From an uncultured Acidobacteriaceae bacterium (lineage in GTDB: Bacteria > Acidobacteriota > Terriglobia > Terriglobales > Acidobacteriaceae), in assembly GCA_963773675.1 (NCBI GenBank), contig CAVZCG010000016.1, forward strand, positions 232,745-296,744: DNA of 64,000 nucleotides, read 5' to 3'. The notes beneath the pieces were generated by a model, which saw only the letters and a program-made list of their open reading frames with translations, was not told where the DNA came from and did not search any database. Each line of letters starts with the position of its first letter. Position 1 is the first letter of the stretch. Shown here one piece after another: positions 28,135-39,724 of this stretch. Position numbers and translations under genes: made by a program.

Positions 28135-28563
28135 CTTTGACTTCATACTGACCTCTTAGTGCTTCTTTTTCTTCTTTGCCTTTTTCTTGGTTGCCATTGG
28201 TTCTATTCTCCCTTCCATTTTTCATGGAAAAATCTGCAACGCTGTTTTGTTGCAACTATTTGATTGTATAGAGTTAATGAAAAATGAAGTCAAGAAAAAA
28301 ATGCATGTATGGTAGCGAGCGATGCTGTACCAAAGTCACAGCATGATGCGAGTCAACAAGAAAATCTCGACGCCGCAGCGCCGAAACGCCTCGCGAACAC
28401 GTCAACGCATACGATGAATACCCCAGGTGATGTTCGCGCTCGACTCAATTTTCTCGCAACCTGACGAGCGTGCAGCAACCGAAACCATAGCCCAGAAGTT
28501 GATCGTTTCCGCTCACGTCTGCATCTATAATGAAGCTGCGAAATCTTCGCGGGAGCATGATCA

Positions 28564-29760
28564 ATGGCGGCTTTCGATGAGGTTGTCATCATTTCCGGTT
28601 GTCGTACACCAGTAGGAAAATTTCAGGGAAGCCTCACTGATTTAAGTGCTACCCAATTGGGTGCCATCGTCGTGCGCGAGGCGGTCAAGCGCGCCGGATT
28701 GAATTCCGGTCAGGTCGACGAATGCATCATGGGCAACGTTCTCCCCGCCGGACTGGGACAAAATCCCGCGCGGCAGGCTGCCATCTTCGCCGGATTGTCC
28801 CCCGCCACAGGTGCCATGACAATCAACAAAGTTTGTGGCTCCGGATTGAAAGCAGTCGCCCTCGCAGCGCAAGCCGTGCAAACCGGAAACAGTTCCATCG
28901 TGGTTGCCGGCGGCATGGAATCGATGACCAATGCTCCTTACCTTCTTCCGCAGGCGCGCAAAGGTTACCGGCTCGGAAATGGAAAAGTGATCGATTCCAT
29001 GGTGCACGATGGCCTCTGGGATATTTACAACGACTATCACATGGGCATCACCGGAGAGAATGTCGCCGAGAAATACGGCATCACCCGCGAAGAGCAGGAC
29101 GAGTTTGCCGTGAACTCTCACCGCAAGGCTGTCGCCGCAATGAAAGAGTGCCGCTTCAAATCGCAAATCGTTCCGGTCGAACTTCCCGCGAAGAAAAAAG
29201 GCGAAGCCCCGGTGCTTTTTGAAAAGGATGAATCCCCGCGCGAAGATACGACCATCGAAGCTCTGCGTGCATTAAAGCCCGCGTTTAAGAAAGATGGCAC
29301 CGTAACCGCCGGCAACGCGCCCGGAGTGAACGACGGAGCCGCGGCCGTTGTCGTGACCAGCGCGCATCGGGCGAAGGAACTCGGCGCTCAACCCATGGTC
29401 CGCATCGTGGCCCAGGCCACCAGCGGCGTCGAACCCAAATGGGTCATGATGGCGCCCGTCGATGCGGTTCGCAAGATCTGGGAAAAGACGGGATGGAAAA
29501 ATGAAGACGTCGACCTCTACGAACTGAACGAGGCATTCTCCGTACAGGCGCTGGGCGTCATGCGAGAGCTCGGCCTTGATCCCAGCAAGGTCAACGTGAA
29601 TGGCGGCGCCGTGGCTATCGGCCATCCCATCGGAGCCAGCGGTGCTCGCGTGCTCGTGACTTTAATTTATGAGATGACGCGCCGCAACGTGAAACGTGGA
29701 ATCGCCGCCCTCTGCCTCGGTGGTGGCAACGCAGTCGCCATGGCCGTCGAGAGAAACTGA
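28564..29760 (+). CDS. acetyl-CoA C-acetyltransferase (thiolase II)
   Basis: Active-site region [14 protein letters not shown]-terminal [17 protein letters not shown]-type motif and [10 protein letters not shown]. Confidence 0.92.
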   Translation: MAAFDEVVIISGCRTPVGKFQGSLTDLSATQLGAIVVREAVKRAGLNSGQVDECIMGNVLPAGLGQNPARQAAIFAGLSPATGAMTINKVCGSGLKAVALAAQAVQTGNSSIVVAGGMESMTNAPYLLPQARKGYRLGNGKVIDSMVHDGLWDIYNDYHMGITGENVAEKYGITREEQDEFAVNSHRKAVAAMKECRFKSQIVPVELPAKKKGEAPVLFEKDESPREDTTIEALRALKPAFKKDGTVTAGNAPGVNDGAAAVVVTSAHRAKELGAQPMVRIVAQATSGVEPKWVMMAPVDAVRKIWEKTGWKNEDVDLYELNEAFSVQALGVMRELGLDPSKVNVNGGAVAIGHPIGASGARVLVTLIYEMTRRNVKRGIAALCLGGGNAVAMAVERN

Positions 29761-29792
29761 GAAATAGAAGCTGAAGAAGTAGATCAGAGAAT

Positions 29793-31913
29793 CTAGCTCA
29801 TTGCAGGAGCCGCAGGCAGAGTAACTGTGAAGACAGCTCCGCCGCCCGGTGCGTTGGCGGCTTCGATTGTGCCGTTGTGTTCCTTCATTACCGACTTGCA
29901 GATGCTAAGCCCAAGCCCAGTCCCGCGTCCCGGACGCTTGGTCGTGTAAAACGGATCAAAGATGCTTGCCAAGGCCTCCGCCGGAATTCCCGGACCATCG
30001 TCCAGAAAACTCGCCCAAACCGATTCTCCGCTCGTTCCCAGGCGGATGCGCAAGGTCCCGCGGTCGTGCGCCTCACGAATCGCCTGCTCCGCGTTCATCA
30101 CCAGATTCAGGAAAACTTGCATCAGTTGATGCGGGTCACCCAGAACCTGCGGCAGCCCGGCCTCGCGAACGAAGTCCACGGTTATGTTATTTTTCCGCAA
30201 CGAGTAAGCGTGCAGATTGAGCGTCCGTTCCACCACATCTCCAAGATTCACCCGAGTCTTGCCTGGCGTTGGAGGAGTTGCAAAATAAGTCAGGTTGCGG
30301 ACAATCTCCGCCGCGCGTCGTGCTTGCTGCTGCAGCATGGCGATCTGCTTTCGCGCCGAGTCTGTAGTTTGACTGTCCTGCAAAAGTTCGCTCACCCCCA
30401 GGATGCTGGTAAGGGGATTGTTCAATTCGTGGGCCACGCCGCCGATCATCGCGCCCATGGCCGCCAGCCGTTCGCTCTGCACCACCTGGTGCTCAAACTT
30501 CTTTTCCGTCGTGATGTCGCGAACACAAATGATTACTCCGCCCAGCTTGGAGTCCGCGTCAAAAAACTGGCTGGCCGAAGCGCGCATCGTCCGTCCGCTC
30601 CCATCGTGGCGCCTGGCGCCGTATTCCGCCGATCCAAAAATCCGCTTGCCCGTGGCCACGTCGCTGTAAAGCGCGATCAGTTCTGGGGATTCAGCCGGCG
30701 TTCCCGATATCTTCTTCCCCAACAAGTCTTCGGACTGGCATCCCAGCAAATCGCGCACTCGCGAACTCACAAAGGTGAATCGCTCTTCCAGATCCACCAC
30801 CAGGATAAGGTCGGGAAAGCTTTCCAGCAGCCGTCGTCGGAATTCTTCCTGCTGCAACACTTGCCGCTCGAGTTTGCGTCTCTCCGTGACGTCAATCAGC
30901 GTTCCCTGGTACCGAATCAACTTGCCGGCCGTATCCCACACCGCACGCGACGATTCCAGAAACACGGCCGGCGTTCCATCCTTTTTCCGCAATGTAATCT
31001 CTCGGGCGCGCACCCCTCCGCGGTCGTCCGGAGCTCGCCCTAGCACCGCCGGCTGTCCTGGGTCGAGGTTCAGCCGGCCTGGATCGAGCGCCAGTAAGTC
31101 CTCCTTAGTCGCATAACCCAGAATGCTCACCAGCGCTGGATTCGCGTCCAGCAATCTGCCCTCCGGCGTGCTGAAATACGCACCCTCCTGCAGCGTCTCG
31201 AACAGTTCCGTGAAGCGCAACTCCTTCTCGTGCTGCCCGGTCACATCGCGCCCCAGCACGCTCAGTCCGACCACCTCGCCGCTTTTGACGATTGCATTCA
31301 GGACGCATTCGAAAAAAAGTGGCCGGGCGTTGTTCTTGATACGCAGGCGCACCGTGCCCGCCCAGTGCCTTTTCTCCAGAAAACGCATGAGTCCGGCTTC
31401 CACGCTGGCCTGCGTTGGTTCTTCCACAAACTCGAAGAATTTCTTTCCAACGATGTCGGTGTAGGGAAGTCCCAGCAGTTCGCTGACGCGCTTGTTTACC
31501 GTCCGCAGTGTGCCGTCCAGGGAGACGGCGCAAGCCGCATCATCAAAGGAGTCAATCAACTCCTTGAAACTGCGCTGCGAACGCGCAATCATCTCGTTCA
31601 GTTGATCGAGTTGCTCTTCCGACGGAGCGGCGCCCACATGTTCCTGCAAATCCTGAAGCAGCAGCTTGAGCTCGACCACCTCTCGCCGTCGCCCGTAGGC
31701 ATAAACCGCCAGCAGGATCGACAACACCAGCACGCCCACCGCCAGTGGGCCCAGATGATATGGCAAACTCTCCAGCCGCTCCCAGGCCAGCACCGCGAAG
31801 CCCGTAGCCAGTAAAACCATGAACAAAAGAATCCAGCGCCAAAGCTGAGATTCTTCGCGCTCCAGGTTTTGCGGAGGCCGAGACGGTCGAGGGCTACCAG
31901 ACGAGGCTTGCAT
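29793..31913 (-). CDS. membrane-anchored multi-PAS sensor histidine kinase
   Basis: Two N-terminal TM segments and several PAS-like blocks. H-box GGVAHELNNPLTSI, N-box LNLVMNAEQA, G-boxes DDGPGI and GRGTGLGLSICK. Confidence 0.85.
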   Translation of the reverse strand: MQASSGSPRPSRPPQNLEREESQLWRWILLFMVLLATGFAVLAWERLESLPYHLGPLAVGVLVLSILLAVYAYGRRREVVELKLLLQDLQEHVGAAPSEEQLDQLNEMIARSQRSFKELIDSFDDAACAVSLDGTLRTVNKRVSELLGLPYTDIVGKKFFEFVEEPTQASVEAGLMRFLEKRHWAGTVRLRIKNNARPLFFECVLNAIVKSGEVVGLSVLGRDVTGQHEKELRFTELFETLQEGAYFSTPEGRLLDANPALVSILGYATKEDLLALDPGRLNLDPGQPAVLGRAPDDRGGVRAREITLRKKDGTPAVFLESSRAVWDTAGKLIRYQGTLIDVTERRKLERQVLQQEEFRRRLLESFPDLILVVDLEERFTFVSSRVRDLLGCQSEDLLGKKISGTPAESPELIALYSDVATGKRIFGSAEYGARRHDGSGRTMRASASQFFDADSKLGGVIICVRDITTEKKFEHQVVQSERLAAMGAMIGGVAHELNNPLTSILGVSELLQDSQTTDSARKQIAMLQQQARRAAEIVRNLTYFATPPTPGKTRVNLGDVVERTLNLHAYSLRKNNITVDFVREAGLPQVLGDPHQLMQVFLNLVMNAEQAIREAHDRGTLRIRLGTSGESVWASFLDDGPGIPAEALASIFDPFYTTKRPGRGTGLGLSICKSVMKEHNGTIEAANAPGGGAVFTVTLPAAPAMS

Positions 31914-32273
31914 TATGGGGGACCGACCTGTTTTTCCGCAGCGGGACAGAAAAACGGTTTATCGCTCGGTTCATCGTAATGCCCCCGGCCTGCCTGAACA
32001 ACCATTCTTGTTGGAGAAGTAGGTACGTCGGGCCAATACGGGCCGGACCTTCTGATTTAGAGGCGAACTTCGCCCGTCAGCCCTGCCAATGAACATAGAT
32101 CTACCCTGTGATCCTCTGTGCCCTCTGTGTTAAAGACGTTGATTCCAGTTCTCCACAGCCCCGCCGCGTGACATCTGTCACCGCGCACCGCTAACCCCGG
32201 CGCTTAACCTAGTACTTCTCGGATCAGGCCTTCGTGTGCCGACCGTGGCACCTAAGGTTCCCGCGCATCGCCG

Positions 32274-33821
32274 ATGCTCTACAAGACCCTCAGCGCCGCC
32301 GTGTATGGCATTGACGCCAACATTATTCAGGTAGAAGTTGACTGCTCCGGCATCAAGACCGACCAGGACCACTTCCACACCGTCGGCCTGCCCGATGCCG
32401 CCGTCCGCGAAAGCCGCGACCGCGTCCGCGCCGCGCTCAAGAATTGCGGCTACGACATTCCGCCCACTCACATCACCATCAATCTCGCACCCGCGGATAT
32501 AAAGAAGGAAGGCTCCGGCTTCGACTTGCCCATGGCCCTCGGCATCGTCGGCGCCTACGGCGGTCTTACAAAGAAGGAAATCTCCGACTGCCTGTTCGTA
32601 GGCGAGCTTTCCCTCGACGGTGGCGTTCGTGGTATCCGAGGCACCCTCCCCATTGCCCTCGAAGCCCGCACCCGCAAGATTTCCCGACTCGTCGTCCCTG
32701 AGGCCAATGCCCGTGAAGCCGCCATGGTCGGCGGCGTCGATGTCTATCCAGTCCGCTCTTTGCTGGATGTAATCCACTTCGTAAACTCCGGCAACGGAAT
32801 CGTCCCCTTGAAGGCCGATGGCGACGCCCTTCTTCGCGAGAATCAGGAATTCCTGGTCGACTTCAAAGACGTACGCGGCCAGCAAACTGCCAAGCGCGCC
32901 ATCGAAATCTCCTGCGCCGGAGGCCACAACATATTAATGATTGGCCCCCCCGGTTCCGGCAAAACCATGCTCGCCAAGCGCATGCCCACCATCCTCCCTC
33001 CGCTCACCTTCGAAGAAGCGCTCGAAACCACCAAAATCCACAGCGTCGCCGGAGTGCTCGATCCCGGCAGTGGCCTCGTCGGCAAACGCCCCTATCGTTC
33101 GCCGCATCACACTATTTCCGATGCCGGACTGATCGGCGGCGGCGCCATCCCGCGCCCCGGCGAGGTTTCGCTCTCTCACAACGGCCTGCTTTTTCTCGAC
33201 GAGCTCCCCGAGTTTCCCCGCAACGTTCTCGAAGTCCTGCGCCAGCCGCTCGAAGATGGCACCGTTACTATCTCCCGCGCCGCTATGTCGCTGATGTTTC
33301 CTGCGCGCTTTATGCTCGCCGCCGCCATGAATCCCTGTCCCTGCGGCTTCCGCAATGACCGAACTCGCGAGTGCAACTGCACCACGCCCATGATCCAGCG
33401 CTACATTTCGAAAATCTCCGGTCCCCTCATGGATCGCATCGACATTCATATCGACGTCCCAGCCGTGAACTACAAAGAGATGCGCTCCACCGCTGAACCT
33501 GAGGGTTCCGCGAAAATTCGTGAGCGCGTCATCCGCACCCGCCAAAAACAATTGGACCGCTTCTCGTCCTCCCGTGAAAAAATCTATTGCAACGCCCAGA
33601 TGTCCTCACGCCACATCCGCACCTTCTGCGAACTCTCGGCCGACTGCGAACGTCTGCTCGAGCGCGCCATGACCCAGCAAGGCCTCAGCGCCCGCGCCCA
33701 CGACCGCATCCTGAAAGTCGCCCGCACTATTGCCGACATCGAAGACACTCCGCAAATCGAACCCAAACACATCGCCGAAGCCATCCAATACCGCTCCCTC
33801 GACCGCACTTACTGGACCTGA
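32274..33821 (+). CDS. YifB/ComM-family Mg-chelatase-like ATPase
   Basis: Lon-protease-like N-domain start [15 protein letters not shown], Walker A GPPGSGKT, Walker [11 protein letters not shown], and a C-terminal ChlI-C region. Confidence 0.9.
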   Translation: MLYKTLSAAVYGIDANIIQVEVDCSGIKTDQDHFHTVGLPDAAVRESRDRVRAALKNCGYDIPPTHITINLAPADIKKEGSGFDLPMALGIVGAYGGLTKKEISDCLFVGELSLDGGVRGIRGTLPIALEARTRKISRLVVPEANAREAAMVGGVDVYPVRSLLDVIHFVNSGNGIVPLKADGDALLRENQEFLVDFKDVRGQQTAKRAIEISCAGGHNILMIGPPGSGKTMLAKRMPTILPPLTFEEALETTKIHSVAGVLDPGSGLVGKRPYRSPHHTISDAGLIGGGAIPRPGEVSLSHNGLLFLDELPEFPRNVLEVLRQPLEDGTVTISRAAMSLMFPARFMLAAAMNPCPCGFRNDRTRECNCTTPMIQRYISKISGPLMDRIDIHIDVPAVNYKEMRSTAEPEGSAKIRERVIRTRQKQLDRFSSSREKIYCNAQMSSRHIRTFCELSADCERLLERAMTQQGLSARAHDRILKVARTIADIEDTPQIEPKHIAEAIQYRSLDRTYWT

Positions 33822-34142
33822 CTCCACAAAACCCGTCCATTTCGGCACCGGAATCCTCCATCCCTCCACCCCACTCTCGTTTGGCGATTGACCCTTTCGT
33901 TGCAACATGTTATAAATGCCCGTTTTGCGCTACTCCATCCGGATCACACAGCTACTCTCCGGCTGGCAGTAGGCAAACTCCGACGCGGCCAAGCTCCAAC
34001 ACTCCGTTAAGGTCTTGCGGTGGAAGCGTGTTCGGAATTCCGGCGATCGTCCCCGATGTGGCACAGGCGTGCTCGGACGCGAGGGTTTCGCTGGAAGGCG
34101 GTCTCTAAACACGTTTGTAGTTCGGTAGGGGCACAGTTTGAT

Positions 34143-34250
34143 TGTCATCCTGAGCAAGCGTTCTTTGCGCAGCGAAGGATCTGGGCGAGCCGCGCGACGT
34201 GTCGCGTTTTTTGCGACACATTACTCGCGCGTCTGGCTCGCTTCCTTAAA
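34143..34250. repeat. MITE/REP-like element upstream of the pyrophosphatase gene
   Basis: It starts with TGTCATCCTGAGC, the same opening as the TGTCATTCCGAGC module in the 42.6-43.5 kb array, and contains an internal palindrome CGCGCGACGTGTCGCG-TTTTTT-GCGACAC. It is read through by the spurious 5' extension of the ORF at 34020. Confidence 0.6.
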
Positions 34251-34304
34251 CTGCACCACTACCGCATATTCCTGAAAACCGATTCATTTTTTGGAGGACT
34301 CATT

Positions 34305-36794
34305 ATGCGCACCTGGCTCGCCACTGCTGCGTTCCAAGGACGCCGCGTGGTTACCGGTTTCCTAAGTAAGACTCTCGCCCTGGCCACGCTGCTCACCGTC
34401 AGCGCCGCCTCGGCCTTGGCTCAACCTTCTGGCGAATCCACCGGCGGCGAAGCCTCGCTGAAACTTCCTGATCTCTCTTCCGTCAGGTTCCTGAACGGAG
34501 CCATCGACGGCCATCGTTTGTTGATGATTGGCATCCTGTTCTGCATCTTCGGGCTCGGCTTCGGCATGGTCATCTTCATGCGCCTCAAGAATCTGCCCGT
34601 CCATAGCTCCATGCGCGAAATCTCGGAACTCATCTACGAGACCTGCAAAACCTACCTTGTCACTCAAGGCAAATTCATCCTGTTCCTCTGGGCCTTCATC
34701 GCTGTCATCATCCTGCTTTATTTCGGCATGCTTGAGCACATGGAAGCCATGCGCGTCGCTATCATTCTTGCCTTCAGCCTGGTCGGTATCGCGGGCAGCT
34801 ACGGTGTGGCCTGGTTCGGCATCCGCGTCAACACCTTCGCTAACTCTCGCACCGCCTTCGCATCCTTGCCCGGCAAGCCGTTCCCCGTCTACCAGATTCC
34901 TCTGGAAGCCGGCATGAGCATCGGCATGATGCTGATCAGCGTCGAGCTCCTCATCATGCTGATCATCCTTCTCTTCGTCCCCGGTGACTATGCTGGCCCC
35001 TGCTTCATCGGATTCGCCATCGGCGAGTCGCTCGGCGCGGCCGCCCTCCGTATCGCTGGCGGCATCTTCACCAAAATCGCCGACATCGGCTCCGACTTGA
35101 TGAAGATCGTCTTCAAGATTAAAGAAGACGACGCCCGCAACCCCGGCGTCATCGCGGATTGCACCGGCGACAACGCTGGCGATTCCGTTGGCCCCTCCGC
35201 CGACGGCTTCGAAACTTACGGCGTTACCGGCGTTGCCCTGATTACTTTCATCCTTCTCGGCGTCAAGAATCCCGCCGTGCAAGTCCAACTCCTGGTCTGG
35301 ATCTTCGTCATGCGCGTCATGATGCTCGTGGCCAGCTCATTGTCCTATTTCCTCAACGCAATCGTCGCCAAAGCCCGCTTCGGCAACGCCGATGAGATGG
35401 ACTTCGAGCATCCACTCACTTCGCTGGTGTGGCTCACCTCGCTTGTCTCCATCGCTCTCACCTACTTGGTTTCTCACTTCATCATTCCCGAGCTCGGCGG
35501 AGATGGCACCCAGTGGTGGAAGCTGGCGACCATCATCTCCTGCGGCACTTTAGCGGGAGCGATCATCCCTGAACTGGTGAAGGTTTTCACCTCGGTCAAT
35601 TCGCGGCACGTAAAGGAAGTCGTCATCTCCGCGGAGGAAGGCGGCGCTTCGCTCGGAATTTTGTCCGGCTTTGTGGCCGGCAACTTCTCCGGCTACTACC
35701 TCGGCCTGTCCATGATGGGTTTGATGGCGGTCGCCTACTACATGAGTACGATGGGCCTCGCCGGTGCAGCAACCATGTTGGCTCCCGCGGTCTTCGCCTT
35801 CGGCCTCGTAGCCTTCGGCTTCCTCGGTATGGGCCCGGTCACCATCGCCGTCGATTCTTACGGCCCCGTTACCGACAACGCACAATCAGTCTACGAACTT
35901 TCTCTGATCGAACAGGTTCCCAACGTTGAAGCCGAAATCAAGAAAGACTTCAATATGGGAGTCAACTTCGACCGCGCCAAGCATCTTCTCGAAGCCAATG
36001 ACGGTGCTGGCAATACCTTCAAAGCCACCGCGAAACCCGTCCTCATCGGCACTGCCGTCGTTGGCGCCACCACCATGATTTTCTCCATCATCATGGCGCT
36101 CACCAACGGCCTCACCGAAAATGTGGACAAACTTTCGCTCCTCCACGCTCCCTTCTTCCTCGGCCTGATTACCGGCGGCGCCATGATTTACTGGTTCACC
36201 GGCGCATCCACGCAGGCCGTCACCACCGGCGCCTACCGCGCCGTCGAGTTCATCAAAGCCAACATCAAGCTCGAAGGCGTCGTAAAGGCTTCCGTCACCG
36301 ATAGCAAGAAAGTGGTGGAGATCTGCACCAAGTATGCGCAGAAAGGCATGTTGAACATCTTCATCGCTGTCTTCTTTGGCACGCTGGCTTTCGCCTTCGT
36401 CGAACCGTTCTTCTTCGTCGGCTATTTGATCTCGATCGCCATCTTCGGCCTGTATCAAGCCATCTTCATGGCCAACGCCGGCGCGGCCTGGGACAACGCC
36501 AAGAAGATCGTCGAAGTTGTGATGAAGCAGAAAGGAACTCCGCTGCACGATGCCACCGTCATCGGTGATACCGTTGGCGATCCCTTCAAGGACACGTCCT
36601 CGGTGGCCCTGAATCCTGTCATCAAATTCACCACCCTGTTCGGCCTGCTCGCCGTCGAACTAGCCGTCACTCTTACCCGCGATCAGGGCCCCACCATCAC
36701 GAACGTATTGGCCTTGGTCTTCTTCGTCATCTCCTTTTGCTTCGTCTACCGTTCCTTCTACGGCATGCGAATTCGTAGCGGCAAAGCCGAATAG
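34305..36794 (+). CDS. hppA: membrane-bound proton/sodium-translocating pyrophosphatase
   Basis: Motifs GGIFTKIADIGSDLMKI, DNAGDSVGP, DSYGPVTDNA and GDTVGDPFKDT. ATG 34305 follows GGAGGA. The N-terminal ~60 aa look like a signal-peptide-bearing extension. Confidence 0.92.
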   Translation: MRTWLATAAFQGRRVVTGFLSKTLALATLLTVSAASALAQPSGESTGGEASLKLPDLSSVRFLNGAIDGHRLLMIGILFCIFGLGFGMVIFMRLKNLPVHSSMREISELIYETCKTYLVTQGKFILFLWAFIAVIILLYFGMLEHMEAMRVAIILAFSLVGIAGSYGVAWFGIRVNTFANSRTAFASLPGKPFPVYQIPLEAGMSIGMMLISVELLIMLIILLFVPGDYAGPCFIGFAIGESLGAAALRIAGGIFTKIADIGSDLMKIVFKIKEDDARNPGVIADCTGDNAGDSVGPSADGFETYGVTGVALITFILLGVKNPAVQVQLLVWIFVMRVMMLVASSLSYFLNAIVAKARFGNADEMDFEHPLTSLVWLTSLVSIALTYLVSHFIIPELGGDGTQWWKLATIISCGTLAGAIIPELVKVFTSVNSRHVKEVVISAEEGGASLGILSGFVAGNFSGYYLGLSMMGLMAVAYYMSTMGLAGAATMLAPAVFAFGLVAFGFLGMGPVTIAVDSYGPVTDNAQSVYELSLIEQVPNVEAEIKKDFNMGVNFDRAKHLLEANDGAGNTFKATAKPVLIGTAVVGATTMIFSIIMALTNGLTENVDKLSLLHAPFFLGLITGGAMIYWFTGASTQAVTTGAYRAVEFIKANIKLEGVVKASVTDSKKVVEICTKYAQKGMLNIFIAVFFGTLAFAFVEPFFFVGYLISIAIFGLYQAIFMANAGAAWDNAKKIVEVVMKQKGTPLHDATVIGDTVGDPFKDTSSVALNPVIKFTTLFGLLAVELAVTLTRDQGPTITNVLALVFFVISFCFVYRSFYGMRIRSGKAE

Positions 36795-36917
36795 TTCCCA
36801 GACTCGGTGCCAACAACAAACGCCATCCGGTTCTCCGGATGGCGTTCTTATTTCCGTCCGCTTCCGCGTCGGGTTTTCAATCCCCCGATCGCCAAATCGC
36901 CCAATCACTCAATTCCC

Positions 36918-37169
36918 CTACCGCCGATCCCAGTACAGATCCCTCCGATCCCGATTCACATCCCGGTGCTCTCGTCGCAACTCTCTCCGTTCATGCCGCG
37001 CCGCTCCATAATCTCCACAATTCAGATCACGCCGCAACTCCCGCCGGTTCTGCGCGATCCTGACTTCATCATGACGAATGTCGCGCCGGTCGCGCCATCC
37101 ATCATCGGCAAACATTGTTCCTGCACCCAACCCCACCAGCAAAAGAACTCCTGCAATCGTCCGTTTCAT
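36918..37169 (-). CDS. small secreted Arg/Asp-rich protein
   Basis: 83 aa. Signal peptide MKRTIAGVLLLVGLGAG, then repetitive RRELRR/DRRD low-complexity sequence. Confidence 0.4.
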   Translation of the reverse strand: MKRTIAGVLLLVGLGAGTMFADDGWRDRRDIRHDEVRIAQNRRELRRDLNCGDYGAARHERRELRREHRDVNRDRRDLYWDRR

Positions 37170-37322
37170 ATCCGTACCCTCCTCCGCACCTCGCGGATTC
37201 TACAGAATGAAAACACGACCACGCCCACAGAGTTGCGCCCGGCAAGCGCTCCGACAATCAATTCCGTGGGCAACTTTTTTCGCGCACCGCACATCGGCGC
37301 TGCAGCCGCGCATCCCAATCAC

Positions 37323-39635
37323 TCAAAATTCAAAGACCAATCCTGCCGTCGGTACTACCGGCAATTCCTGCTGCGTTTGGATCTTGCTCTGCAGAGTGCT
37401 GGGGTTCACCCCGGTGCTGTAGATGTAAATCCGGTTGTCATGATTGGTTACATTCAACACTTCGCCGTAGAGCGTGAACTTCCAGCGCGTGAATGCCAAA
37501 CTTTTGTCGCACCGCAAATCCAGCCGAATATAAGCCGGCAAGCGCACGGAATTACTTACTCCGATCTCCTCATACGTATTTCCCACCTGCACGAAATCTC
37601 CACTGGGTACGGGATATCCCGAGCCATACAGAAACTTTCCGCTCAAATTAATCGTGGGCCTCAACCGGTACGTGCCGAAGGCATTCAACGAATGCCGTTG
37701 ATCCTGCAAAGTAGGGAAGTAAGGCGTATTGAAGGAAAGCTGCTCCGCCGCACTTGACGACAGTGGAAGCAGAACAAAATATTCTCTTTGCCGCGCGCGT
37801 GCCAGCGTATATCCCACCCAGCCCGATAAACGGTTCGCACTTCTCCGCTGCAAAACCAGTTGTACTCCCCGCGAGTAATCTCGCTGATACGTGGAATTCT
37901 CGCCGCTCAGCGGTTCCAGCGCGCCACAAGGTGGATTCACGCCCGGGGGCTCCGCCGCGAAGCCACTCGGAGAGCCGACCAGATCGCTGTTCTGCCGGTC
38001 AAACGCCTGCAAGCGGACGCGCGTCGACTCGCCCAATCGCTGCTCGATCGCAGCCGTGAAATGATCGGAACGTTGCAGCAGGTTTCCAAACGGCAAACAG
38101 TAAGGCGTTGCCACTCCCTGAAAATCGGGAAACTGCGCGTAGCGCCCCACTCCAAACTGCAACTCCGTCGCTGCCAACACTCGGATCGCCGTCGAGATCT
38201 GCTCCGAGAAAGGATGGACTCCAATCCTCTGCAGGTTATCCCCGCGCACTCCGCCGATTACGTGCACCCGATTCTTCCATAGCGTCGAAGCCTGTTGCAG
38301 GTAAAGGTCGCCTCTTATCCCGGTTCCATTCGCGTACGCCGAAAACGCCGGCCCCGGGCTCCCGTAGAACACGCTGTACCCATCGTCGCGCAGCCGCCGC
38401 AACGTGGCGCCGCCCTCCAGTACGTCGTCGCTTTTCCACGCCCAGTTCAGATTGCTCCCTCCCAGCCACTCGCCGTAGGCATAGCTGTCGAGAATCTGCC
38501 CGAAGGAATTGTGCGAGTCGTAAGGCTCGCTCAGATACGCCGCGTGGCTGTCCAGCAACAGGTGAGGACCAATGCTCCAGCGCCAGCCCGCGCGCGCCAG
38601 TGTAAACGCGCTGTTGCCGGCGGCAAATACATCGGGGTCGTTGCTGGTTGTGAGTTGCGTCGAGGTCTGCCCGCCCAGGGCATGGATGCTCACGCTCTGC
38701 TTCGCCGTGAGATCGTAAGTCAGCTTCACATCTCCGTCGTAGAACGATGCGTTCTGCACATCGTCCTCGCGATTGCGAATCAGATATCCGATATAGCTTT
38801 TTCGCGCCGATGCGATCCACGAGCCCCGTGACGACCCGCGGTCCGACGTGCCCAGGTCTCCCTCGCCCAGAATCTCACTATCCGCAATTCCCGCCGAGAC
38901 TCGGAACATCGGCGTCGATCGGCTGCCTTCGCGCGTGCGAATATCGAGCGCCGCTCCAACGCCGTCCGCAAATTTCACCGGATACGCCACCGGCATCAAC
39001 TTCATTTCTTCGACCGTCTCGCTCGTAAGAAAGCTTAGCGAAGCTCCGTTCGAAATGTCAGGGATGCTGTGGAACGGCGACGCCAGCACGTCATCGAGAT
39101 AGATAGAAACATTCTGGAACGGCGTCCCCATCACCGAGAACTGCGCGTAAAACTCGTTGTTTCCGGGCGCGGAGACTCCCGGCAAGGCCTGAATGGCGCG
39201 GAAAGGATCGTCGGCAAATACCGTTGACGCGGCCCTGATCTCCGCCGCTGTCAGGTTGCTCTCGCTGATTGCGGGCGTATCCTCTTGCTGAAAAACATCG
39301 CCCGTCACTCGCACACTTTCTGTGTGGCGGAAGTTATCGGGAACCAGTGTGAGATCAAATTCTTTGGATTCTGCTGCCGATAACGAAAAGGAAAAAGTCG
39401 ACAGTCGATAGCCGACTGCGCTCACTCGAAGCGTGTACTTGCCAGGCGCAAGGTTTTGTATGTTGAAAGTACCGTCGGCGCCGGTCTTCGTTTCGCGGCC
39501 GGCTTCGAGAATGCTAACCTGTACGCGCTCCAGTCGCTCGCCACCGGCCACATTCCTGACGGTTCCTTTAATTTCGGAAGCATGCAGGGTCAGGCAAGAG
39601 AACAAAACGAGGGCGGCAAGGCGGGCGATCATCAA
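37323..39635 (-). CDS. TonB-dependent receptor-like outer-membrane protein with an N-terminal carboxypeptidase-regulatory-like domain
   Basis: Signal peptide, then a CarboxypepD_reg-like beta sandwich (IKGTVRNVAGGERLERVQVS...GKYTLRVSAVGY), a plug-like region, and a C-terminal aromatic residue (…GLVFEF). Confidence 0.75.
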   Translation of the reverse strand: MMIARLAALVLFSCLTLHASEIKGTVRNVAGGERLERVQVSILEAGRETKTGADGTFNIQNLAPGKYTLRVSAVGYRLSTFSFSLSAAESKEFDLTLVPDNFRHTESVRVTGDVFQQEDTPAISESNLTAAEIRAASTVFADDPFRAIQALPGVSAPGNNEFYAQFSVMGTPFQNVSIYLDDVLASPFHSIPDISNGASLSFLTSETVEEMKLMPVAYPVKFADGVGAALDIRTREGSRSTPMFRVSAGIADSEILGEGDLGTSDRGSSRGSWIASARKSYIGYLIRNREDDVQNASFYDGDVKLTYDLTAKQSVSIHALGGQTSTQLTTSNDPDVFAAGNSAFTLARAGWRWSIGPHLLLDSHAAYLSEPYDSHNSFGQILDSYAYGEWLGGSNLNWAWKSDDVLEGGATLRRLRDDGYSVFYGSPGPAFSAYANGTGIRGDLYLQQASTLWKNRVHVIGGVRGDNLQRIGVHPFSEQISTAIRVLAATELQFGVGRYAQFPDFQGVATPYCLPFGNLLQRSDHFTAAIEQRLGESTRVRLQAFDRQNSDLVGSPSGFAAEPPGVNPPCGALEPLSGENSTYQRDYSRGVQLVLQRRSANRLSGWVGYTLARARQREYFVLLPLSSSAAEQLSFNTPYFPTLQDQRHSLNAFGTYRLRPTINLSGKFLYGSGYPVPSGDFVQVGNTYEEIGVSNSVRLPAYIRLDLRCDKSLAFTRWKFTLYGEVLNVTNHDNRIYIYSTGVNPSTLQSKIQTQQELPVVPTAGLVFEF

Positions 39636-39724
39636 TTCGTCACAGCGAGAATGCGCTAGTATAGCTGGCGGGCACGCAGTTGGCGATTTTCAATTGCGCA
39701 ATCGCCGGATCGCCCAATTCCTCT

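Noticed and set aside
32240-32262. Sigma-54 promoter-like TGGCAC upstream of comM/yifB; also 34058 TGGCACAGGCGTGCT.
   Set aside because: The -12 element is missing or mis-spaced (GTTCC, or GC shifted by one), and the context is not convincing.
34020-34304. 95-codon 5' extension of the pyrophosphatase ORF.
   Set aside because: It reads through the TGTCATCCTGAGC MITE-like element. ATG 34305 has a GGAGGA RBS, and the conserved protein starts there.
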